This document shows, one piece after another, positions 56,611 through 64,000 of a DNA stretch of 64,000 nt (the first letter of the stretch is position 1; the number at the start of each line of letters is the position of its first letter). Source of the DNA: an uncultured delta proteobacterium (GTDB lineage Bacteria; Desulfobacterota; Binatia; UBA9968). A program made the position numbers and the translations under genes. The notes beneath the pieces are model-generated. The model searched no databases, was not told the origin of the DNA, and saw only the letters and a program-made list of their open reading frames with translations. The stretch covers positions 143,878-207,877 of the forward strand of contig CAVSHR010000007.1 of the NCBI GenBank assembly GCA_963727625.1, written 5' to 3'.

Positions 56611-57351
56611 GTGCTTCAAGACAAAATCGTCCTGATTACAGGCAGCGGGCAGGGCATCGGCAAACACGCCGCAAGGACCTTTGCAAAAGAGAAAGCCAAG
56701 ATTGTCATCGCCGACTTCAATGCCGAGCTGGCGAAAAAGTCCGCCGCGGAGATCGGCCGGCTCACCGAAACCATGGCCGTCCATGCCGACGTGCGCAATG
56801 AAAACAGTGTCAAGTCGATGATCGATCAGGTGATCGAGCGCTTCGGCCAGATCGACGTGATGATGAACAACGCCGCGATCGTGCCGCACTTTGCCTGGAA
56901 CATTCCGCGCTGGCCGCTGATCGCCGACATGCCGGTGGAGTTTTGGAATCGGGTAATTCACACTAATCTCTACGGCACCTTCTTCGGCACCAAGCATGTG
57001 GTTCCGCATATGGCCAAGCGCAAGTCGGGACATATCATCAATCTCTACGGCGGCGGCGGCGTGAAGCCGGGCGGCGCCTGCACTTATATGGTGACCAAAG
57101 ACGGCATTCGTACTTTTGGCCGTTACGTTGCCGAAGAAGTGCGGGATGCCAACATCTGCGTGGTGACTTTTTCGCCGCGAGTGCCGATCGCGACCGAAAC
57201 CGCGCCGGAGGAAGCACTCAAGCGGCTACCCGGCCCGGAAGTTCTGGGCCAGGGCTTCGTGCTTTGCGCGCAGTTGCCGCTGGATCAGAGCGGCAAGTGC
57301 TTCGCTTACGAAAACGGCAAGCTCGTGCTCGAGGGGTCGAGGGAAGGTTAG
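56611..57351 (+). CDS. SDR-family oxidoreductase
   Basis: TGSGQGIG, NNAA, YMVTK; GTG start after AGGAGG. Confidence 0.9.
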   Translation: MLQDKIVLITGSGQGIGKHAARTFAKEKAKIVIADFNAELAKKSAAEIGRLTETMAVHADVRNENSVKSMIDQVIERFGQIDVMMNNAAIVPHFAWNIPRWPLIADMPVEFWNRVIHTNLYGTFFGTKHVVPHMAKRKSGHIINLYGGGGVKPGGACTYMVTKDGIRTFGRYVAEEVRDANICVVTFSPRVPIATETAPEEALKRLPGPEVLGQGFVLCAQLPLDQSGKCFAYENGKLVLEGSREG

Positions 57352-57355
57352 AAGA

Positions 57356-57385
57356 AGGCAATAGGCACCCGGCACCAGGCAATAG
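57356..57385 (+). repeat. Solo AGGCAAT-type heptamer array
   Basis: aggcaat aggcacc cggcacc aggcaat ag. Confidence 0.7.
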
Positions 57386-57404
57386 ATAGGAAAGGGAACA
57401 CGAA

Positions 57405-58424
57405 ATGGCGGTGATCGATGCCGATGCGCATGTAATCGAGAATGAATCGGCGTGGGACTACATGCTGGAGTCGGAGCGGTCGTTTCGTCCGCGCATCGTC
57501 GGCGCGAACGGCGGCGATCCGGCGGTGGATTTCTGGTACATCGACGGCCTGCTGATGCCGCGCAGTAACGTGGAAAAAAAACTTCCGGAAGCGGCGCGCG
57601 ACATGAGCGACTTGAGCATCCGGATCAAACACATGGACGAGCTCAATATCGACATTCAAGTGATCTATCCGACGATTTTTATTTTTCCCACGGCGCGCCG
57701 GCCCGCGGTCGATCTCGCAATCTGCCGCAGCTACAACCGCTGGATGGCCGACATCGTCGCCAAGGCGCCGGAGCGGTTTCGCTGGGTGGTGGTGCCGCCG
57801 TTGCTCAATCTGGACCGCGTTGCAGAGGAGCTCAAATTCGGCAAAGAGCATGGCGCTTGCGGCGTCTATTTACGCGGCCTGGAAGCAGACCGGCGCTTGA
57901 GCGATCCCTATTTTTATCCTTTATACGATACGGCGAGCAAGCTGGATCTGCCGATTTGTGTCCATTCGGCCAACGGCAGCATCGAATCGCATGACTTTTT
58001 TCTCGACGAGCCGGGATTTTGCAAATTCAAACTCGCCGTGGTCGGCGCGTTCCATTCGCTGGTGAACGACGGTATCCCCGAACGTTTTCCCAAATTGCGC
58101 ATCGGCATTATTGAAGTCAGCGCGCAATGGATTCCCTACGCAGTCCACGATTTGGCGCGGCGCCACGCCCGGCGCGGCAAGAAACTCAGCGAAAACCTGC
58201 TCAAGGACAAGCGCGTGTACGTTACCTGCCAGACCGACGACGATCTCGACTATTTGCTCGGCTACGCCGGCGAAGATAATCTCGTCATCGGCACCGATTA
58301 CGGTCATTCGGATAACGCCAGCGAGATCGAGGCGCTGCGAAAGATCCGTAAGGAAGGCAAAACTGCCGCCCGGGTGATCGACAAGATACTCGACGACAAT
58401 CCCCGGGCGCTTTACGCGCTGTAG
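57405..58424 (+). CDS. Amidohydrolase family 2 protein
   Basis: MAVIDADAHV, YNRWMAD, GTDYGHSD. Confidence 0.92.
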   Translation: MAVIDADAHVIENESAWDYMLESERSFRPRIVGANGGDPAVDFWYIDGLLMPRSNVEKKLPEAARDMSDLSIRIKHMDELNIDIQVIYPTIFIFPTARRPAVDLAICRSYNRWMADIVAKAPERFRWVVVPPLLNLDRVAEELKFGKEHGACGVYLRGLEADRRLSDPYFYPLYDTASKLDLPICVHSANGSIESHDFFLDEPGFCKFKLAVVGAFHSLVNDGIPERFPKLRIGIIEVSAQWIPYAVHDLARRHARRGKKLSENLLKDKRVYVTCQTDDDLDYLLGYAGEDNLVIGTDYGHSDNASEIEALRKIRKEGKTAARVIDKILDDNPRALYAL

Positions 58425-58506
58425 CAGGCGGCTGAAAGGACTCTCGCGGAGCGCTTCGATTAGGCTCCCCAGAGCGGACGGCAGTTTTTAATCTTGGAGG
58501 TTTGAA

Positions 58507-59544
58507 GTGTTAACCATCGACGCGGATGCGCATGTTATCGAGTGCGAGAAGACTTGGGATTATTTAGAAGGCGGCGACAAACGCTATCGGCCGGTGCCGC
58601 TCGCGGTCGATATGCCGTCCGGCAAGAGGCAGAATTTTTGGATCATCGGCGGGCGATTAATTGGGGGGCGCGACAACATCGGCCAGGATACCGCCAAGGA
58701 ATCGCGCGAGATGGCGAACATCGATTCGCGCCTGAAACATATGGACGAGATCGGAACCGGCGTGCAGGTGCTCTACCCGACGTTATTCCTGCGGCCGGTG
58801 ACGGACAACCCGCGCATCGAGCTGGCGCTCTGCCGCTCGTACAATCGCTGGATGGCGGACATCTGGTCGAAAGACAAGAAGCGCTTGCGCTGGGCGGTGC
58901 AGTTGCCTTTGATGACGATGAATAAAGCGCTCGACGAGCTGCGCTGGTCGCACGGCAACGGCGCCTGCGCGGTCTTCATGCGCGGCATCGAGACCCATCA
59001 CACGCTCCACGATCCGTACTTCTTTCCGCTCTACGAAGAAGCCAGCCGGCTCAACATGCCGATCGGCATTCACTCCGGTATCGGCAACTTCACCGTCAAT
59101 GAAATGCTCGGCGGCGAGCCGTTCCGAGTCGCCAAGCTGATCGTTATCGGCGGCTTTCACTCGATGATCCTCAACGGCATCCCGGAGAAATTTCCCGAGC
59201 TGCGTATCGGCGCGATCGAGGTCGCAGCGCAGTGGGTGCCGTATTTAGTTCACGATTTGAATCTGCGGTTTCCCAAGCTCGAAGGCAAACAAGCGCGCCC
59301 GGACGTGCTCAGCGGCAGCAGCCAACTCTTCGTCGCCTGCCAGACCGACGACGATTTGCCTTACGTGCTCAAGTACTCCGGCGAGAATTGCTTGATGATC
59401 GGCTCGGACTACGGCCACGCCGACAACGCCAGCGAGCTGCTGGCGTTGGCCAAGCTCAAAGACAACGGCGAGATCGAGCCGCGGGTGATTGACAAAATCC
59501 TCTACCACAATCCCATGAAATTTTACGGCTTGGATCAGGATTAA
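58507..59544 (+). CDS. Amidohydrolase family 2 protein
   Basis: IDADAHV, YNRWMAD, GSDYGHAD. Confidence 0.92.
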   Translation: MLTIDADAHVIECEKTWDYLEGGDKRYRPVPLAVDMPSGKRQNFWIIGGRLIGGRDNIGQDTAKESREMANIDSRLKHMDEIGTGVQVLYPTLFLRPVTDNPRIELALCRSYNRWMADIWSKDKKRLRWAVQLPLMTMNKALDELRWSHGNGACAVFMRGIETHHTLHDPYFFPLYEEASRLNMPIGIHSGIGNFTVNEMLGGEPFRVAKLIVIGGFHSMILNGIPEKFPELRIGAIEVAAQWVPYLVHDLNLRFPKLEGKQARPDVLSGSSQLFVACQTDDDLPYVLKYSGENCLMIGSDYGHADNASELLALAKLKDNGEIEPRVIDKILYHNPMKFYGLDQD

Positions 59545-59684
59545 CTAACGTGATCGTGAACGTGGTTCGTGAACACTCGTTACCACCGTTTTTATTCCCA
59601 GGTAAGCGCACGATCGATGAAGGATTTTTCCCTTCGTTGAAATGACACCGTCGGAGCGCGAGGTAGATAAACAAGGGCGTTACC

Positions 59685-60830
59685 ATGGTTGACACATTCG
59701 ATCTGTTACTGACTGGCGGTACGGTTCTCAATCCGGCGACGAAGGTGAACCAGAAATTTGATGTGGGCGTGACGGGCGATCGAGTAACCGCGATCCAAGC
59801 GAATCTCCCGCGCCCGGGCGCGAAAAAAATCCTGGACGTCACCGGCTGCTACGTCACGCCGGGACTCATCGATTTTCACGTGCACAGTTACTGGGGCGTC
59901 AATCCGTACGGCTGCAATCTCGATTCTCTCTGCTTGGCTACCGGCGTGACGACGACGATGGATGCGGGTTCCGCCGGGCCGGTCAACTTTCTCGGCTTCC
60001 GAAAATTAGTCTATGAAGCGTCGAACACGCGGATGCTCGGCTTCATCGCTTTGGCGCAACATGGGGTGCTCAATACGCCGGGCGAATTGCTCAACCTCGG
60101 TTTCGCCGATTCGGAGGGCGCAGCCGCCATCGTCGGCAACAACCGCGATGTCGGTATCGGCATCAAACTGCGCTTGCACAAAAAGTCCATCGGAGAAAAT
60201 AGCCGCGAGGCTTTGCGCCTGGCGCTCAAGGCCGGCGAGGCGACGAAGACGCCGATCATGGTGCATGTCGGCGACACGGCGATCGGCATGGACGAGATCG
60301 CCGATACTCTGCGTTCCGGCGACATCATCACCCATTGTTACACGCCGCACAAACCGTCAATTATCGATGAGCGCGGAAACCTCTTGCCGCTGGTGCGCAA
60401 GGCCAAGGAGCGCGGCGTGATTTTCGATGTCGGCCACGCCGGCGGCCACTTCGATTTCAATCTCGTGGAACGGGCGATGAGCGAAGGCATATTGCCCGAT
60501 ATCATCAGCTCCGATCTGCATGGCCGGCTTGCGCAGCCGGGTTTCGGCATCGTCGGCGATTTGCCGACAACGCTGACAAAGTTTTTGCCCTTGGGGTTGA
60601 GCTTGGAACAGATCATTGCCGACTGCACGATCAACCCGGCGCGCACCGTCGGATGGCAAGACCGCATCGGCAGCTTGGAAATCGGGCGCGAGGCGGATAT
60701 CGCGGTACTGCAAGTCATCGACAATCCAATAACGCTGCGCGACTCGGTCGGTAAAGAAAAATTGCATAAGCAGCGCATCGCGGCCAAGTGGACGATCCGC
60801 GCGGGTCAATTGTTCCAAGGCCGCGGTTAA
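59685..60830 (+). CDS. Dihydroorotase-like amidohydrolase/deacetylase
   Basis: PGLIDFHVH, GVTT.MDAGSAG, GIKLR, MVH, THC, ISSDLH. Confidence 0.88.
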   Translation: MVDTFDLLLTGGTVLNPATKVNQKFDVGVTGDRVTAIQANLPRPGAKKILDVTGCYVTPGLIDFHVHSYWGVNPYGCNLDSLCLATGVTTTMDAGSAGPVNFLGFRKLVYEASNTRMLGFIALAQHGVLNTPGELLNLGFADSEGAAAIVGNNRDVGIGIKLRLHKKSIGENSREALRLALKAGEATKTPIMVHVGDTAIGMDEIADTLRSGDIITHCYTPHKPSIIDERGNLLPLVRKAKERGVIFDVGHAGGHFDFNLVERAMSEGILPDIISSDLHGRLAQPGFGIVGDLPTTLTKFLPLGLSLEQIIADCTINPARTVGWQDRIGSLEIGREADIAVLQVIDNPITLRDSVGKEKLHKQRIAAKWTIRAGQLFQGRG

Positions 60831-60851
60831 ACGTATAGGCAGGAGGGTGCC

Positions 60852-61559
60852 ATGGCTTCGACTTGGGAAAGCGTCAAAGTCGGCGACTCGAAGATGCGAC
60901 TCTACTTGAGCGGGCCGGAATCCGCGGGGAGATGCCCCGCTGTTGTCGTCATTCAAGGCCAAACCGGTGTCGATGATTTTCTCAAGTTCTCGGACATGGT
61001 GGCGCGGGAGGGATTCGTCGCGGCGGCGCCGGACCTTTACCATCGTGATGCGCCGGACTGCCGGGACGATGCGCCGACGCGGCGCATGCGGTTGCGCGAT
61101 GCAACCGTCATTCAAGACGTCAACGCTACGGTCGCTTTTCTCAAATCGCACAACACCGTCGACCCGGGCAAGATCGGCATCGTCGGTTTCTGCATGGGCG
61201 GGCGGGTCGTCTATCTGATGTCCACGGTGAATCCCGCTATCAAGGCCGGCGTGATGTATTACGGCAGCGATCTGTTTTCACCCTGGGGCGACGGTCCGTC
61301 GCCGTTCGAAAGGACCAAGGATATTTCCTGCCCGATCATGGGACACTTCGGCGAAGACGACAAAAATCCATCGCCGGCAGATATGAAGAAGCTCGACGCC
61401 GAGATGGGTCGATGGGGCAAGGCGCATGAATTTCACTCCTATCCGAATGCCGCTCATGCCTTCGCCAATTTCGGCTCAGGCAACTACCGCGAACAGGCGG
61501 CCAACGCGTCATGGACGCGGACCTTCGGATTTTTTAGGCGGCATTTAAAAAACAGTTAA
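60852..61559 (+). CDS. Dienelactone hydrolase-family protein
   Basis: APDLYHR, GFCMGG nucleophile, GEDD, AAHAF. Confidence 0.92.
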   Translation: MASTWESVKVGDSKMRLYLSGPESAGRCPAVVVIQGQTGVDDFLKFSDMVAREGFVAAAPDLYHRDAPDCRDDAPTRRMRLRDATVIQDVNATVAFLKSHNTVDPGKIGIVGFCMGGRVVYLMSTVNPAIKAGVMYYGSDLFSPWGDGPSPFERTKDISCPIMGHFGEDDKNPSPADMKKLDAEMGRWGKAHEFHSYPNAAHAFANFGSGNYREQAANASWTRTFGFFRRHLKNS

Positions 61560-61776
61560 GAACGGAGAGTTCAAAAGGTTCAAGCCGTTCAAAAGGCGCC
61601 GTCCGCTACGGCGTCATTGGATCCCGAGCCCGAGCGCCCGATGATCTCATTTTATCCGTGCTCGCGGTTTGCTATGCTTCAATGTATCGATAAACGCTGC
61701 CGGTTCAACACCGATTGAATTGTCGTCAATCTGCTTACGACGGCGCTCGTTTCCCTAATCTGGAAGGAGACAGACC

Positions 61777-62061
61777 ATGCTTTCCGCCATCGTCCTTTTG
61801 AACACTGAACGGGATAAAACCAACAAAGTCGCCGAAACCCTCGCAGATACTGACGGAGTCACGGAAGTCTATTCCGTCGCTGGACGCTATGACCTCGCGG
61901 CGATCGTGCGCGCGAGCGACAACGATCAGTTGGCCAAGGTCGTGACTGAACATATTCGTGCGGTGCCAGGGATCACCGGCTCGGAAACGCTGATCGCCTT
62001 TCGCGTCTACTCGCGTCACGATCTGGAGCGGATGTTTTCCATCGGCATGGAAAAAGTTTAG
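61777..62061 (+). CDS. Stand-alone Lrp/AsnC ligand-binding-domain protein
   Basis: GVTEVYSVAGRYDL...IRAVPGITGSETLI; no HTH. Confidence 0.88.
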   Translation: MLSAIVLLNTERDKTNKVAETLADTDGVTEVYSVAGRYDLAAIVRASDNDQLAKVVTEHIRAVPGITGSETLIAFRVYSRHDLERMFSIGMEKV

Positions 62062-62201
62062 CCGGCGACTGAAAAAGCCTCATCTGCTTCGTTGCGCTCG
62101 ATCTCTTCGCGTCAACGTACAAGAGTACGCCTCCGCTCGTCGATTTTTCGCGCGCCTCGTATCCGAATCTTTTTGAGTCGCTGGCGTAGAATCGGAATAG
62201 A

Positions 62202-63545
62202 TCAATTTCGGCGGGCGAGCCGCACAATCAGCGGCACGATCAGCAGCAGAAATGAGATCGCCAGAATGGTCGCCGAGATTGGCTGGGTGATGAAGACCGA
62301 AGGGTCGCCTTGGCTGATAGCGAGCGCGCGCCGAGCCTGGGTTTCGGCAAGCGGGCCGAGAATCAAGCCGATCACGGCGGGGGCGACCGGAATATCCCAG
62401 CGGCGCATGACAAAGCCCAACAAACCGAAAACGTAGAGTATCACCAGATCGACGACCGATTGATGCAGGCTGTAGGCGCCGAGAGTCGCGAAGACCAAGA
62501 TGCCGGCGTAAAGCAACGGCCGCGGAATCGCCAGCACTTTGACCCAGATCCCCACCAGCGGCAAGTTCAAGACCAACAGTAAAACATTGCCGATATACAA
62601 ACTCGCCAGCAGGCCCCAGACCAAGTCGCCTTGCATTTGAAAAAGCAGCGGGCCGGGCTGAATGCCGTAATTCTGAAACGCGCTCAAGAGAACTGCCGCC
62701 GTGGCCGATGTGGGTATCCCCAGCGTCAATAGCGGCACGAGCGCGCCGGTGACCGACGCGTTGTTTGCCGCCTCGGGGCCGGCGACGCCTTCGATGGCGC
62801 CGTGGCCAAACTCCTCGGGATACTTGGTGAGCTTTTTTTCGGTCGCGTAGGAGAGAAAGGTCGGAATCTCCGCGCCGCCGGCTGGAATCGAGCCGAAGGG
62901 AAAACCGATAGCGGTGGCGCGCAGCCATGCCGGCCAGGAGCGTTGCCAATCGCTTTTCGACATCCACAGCGAGCCCTTGAGCTGTTCCATCTTTTCCTCG
63001 AGCCGGCTCGAGTAGGCGCCGACATAAAGTGCTTCGCCGACGGCGAACAGTCCCACTGCCAGCACGACCACATCGATGCCGTCGAGCAATTCGGGGACGC
63101 CGAAGGTAAAGCGCGATCTGCCGGTCTGGCTGTCGATGCCGACCACGCCCAAGAGCAGGCCGAGAAACAAGCTGGTCAGGCCGCGCGGGGTGGAGCTGCC
63201 GATGACCGCCGCGACCGTGGTGAAGGCAAAGATCATCAGAGCAAAATATTCCGCCGGGCCGAACTTCAATGCGATCTCAACGATGATCGGCGCGAGCAGC
63301 GTGACCAGAATAGTGGCGATGGTTCCGGCAACGAACGAGCCGATGGCGCAGGTCGCCAGTGCCGGGCCGGCGCGGCCGTTCTTGGCCATCAGGTTGCCTT
63401 CCAGGGCGGTGGCGATGGAAGCCGACTCGCCGGGCGTGTTGAGCAAGATGGTTGTCGTCGAGCCACCGTACATGGCGCCGTAGTAGATGCCGGCGAACAT
63501 GATGAGCGCGCCGGTGGGGTCAAGCTTGACGGTGAGCGGCAAGAG
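62202..63545 (-). CDS. tctA: Tripartite tricarboxylate transporter permease TctA (5' end lost at the fold-back junction)
   Basis: [35 protein letters not shown]. Confidence 0.9.
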   Translation of the reverse strand, partial: LLPLTVKLDPTGALIMFAGIYYGAMYGGSTTTILLNTPGESASIATALEGNLMAKNGRAGPALATCAIGSFVAGTIATILVTLLAPIIVEIALKFGPAEYFALMIFAFTTVAAVIGSSTPRGLTSLFLGLLLGVVGIDSQTGRSRFTFGVPELLDGIDVVVLAVGLFAVGEALYVGAYSSRLEEKMEQLKGSLWMSKSDWQRSWPAWLRATAIGFPFGSIPAGGAEIPTFLSYATEKKLTKYPEEFGHGAIEGVAGPEAANNASVTGALVPLLTLGIPTSATAAVLLSAFQNYGIQPGPLLFQMQGDLVWGLLASLYIGNVLLLVLNLPLVGIWVKVLAIPRPLLYAGILVFATLGAYSLHQSVVDLVILYVFGLLGFVMRRWDIPVAPAVIGLILGPLAETQARRALAISQGDPSVFITQPISATILAISFLLLIVPLIVRLARRN

Positions 63546-64000
63546 CATCGCCACCGCCCTGGAAGGCAACCTGATGGCCAAGAACGGCCGCGCCGGCCCG
63601 GCACTGGCGACCTGCGCCATCGGCTCGTTCGTTGCCGGAACCATCGCCACTATTCTGGTCACGCTGCTCGCGCCGATCATCGTTGAGATCGCATTGAAGT
63701 TCGGCCCGGCGGAATATTTTGCTCTGATGATCTTTGCCTTCACCACGGTCGCGGCGGTCATCGGCAGCTCCACCCCGCGCGGCCTGACCAGCTTGTTCTT
63801 CGGCCTGCTCTTGGGCGTGGTCGAGCATCGACAGCCAGACCGGCAGATCGCGCTTTACCTTCGGCGTCCCCGAATTGCTCGACGGCATCGATGTGGTCGT
63901 GCTGGCAGTGGGACTGTTCGCCGTCGGCGAAGCACTTTATGTCGGCGCCTACTCGAGCCGGCTCGAGGAAAAGATGGAACAGCTCAAGGGCTCGCTGTGG
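63546..64000 (+). repeat. Inverted near-identical duplicate of 62964-63417 (internal tctA segment)
   Basis: Base-by-base reverse complement apart from one 1-bp insertion and one adjacent-base swap. Confidence 0.92.

Noticed and set aside
63546-63773. N-terminal extension of the 523-aa TctA ORF as a novel domain
   Set aside because: It is the antisense translation of the inverted duplicate, not real TctA sequence

Overview
A GC-rich bacterial chromosomal segment. The many orphan solute-binding proteins, Amidohydro_2 paralogs, solo xanthine-dehydrogenase Mo subunits and Grd/UGSC selenoproteins suggest a Candidatus Binatia/Binatota-like deltaproteobacterial genome (inference only). From left to right: an ECF-sigma/anti-sigma/periplasmic-sensor/MacAB-TolC-type efflux locus with a shared ECF promoter motif; catabolic genes; a repeat-flanked four-helix-bundle gene; a mobile-DNA graveyard at ~11.3-22.5 kb (HicAB, HigBA-ImmA, three degenerate LysR 3'-end copies, IS3 ends, an IS200 remnant, and a RAYT-like HUH transposase with terminal inverted repeats); many hydrolase, oxygenase and transport genes; a PagL/acyltransferase islet; divergent grdE-grdB; a BsuBI/PstI-type R-M system; a trxB + UGSC selenoprotein pair; a type IV pilin; and tctA ending in a fold-back inversion that is probably an artefact. 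The main signal is three in-frame UGA codons, each followed by a similar SECIS-like hairpin. Two fall in known selenoprotein families (GrdB, UGSC). The third replaces the conserved Cys of a YccU-like CoA-binding protein, a candidate little-described selenoprotein. No rRNA, intact tRNA or CRISPR array was seen.
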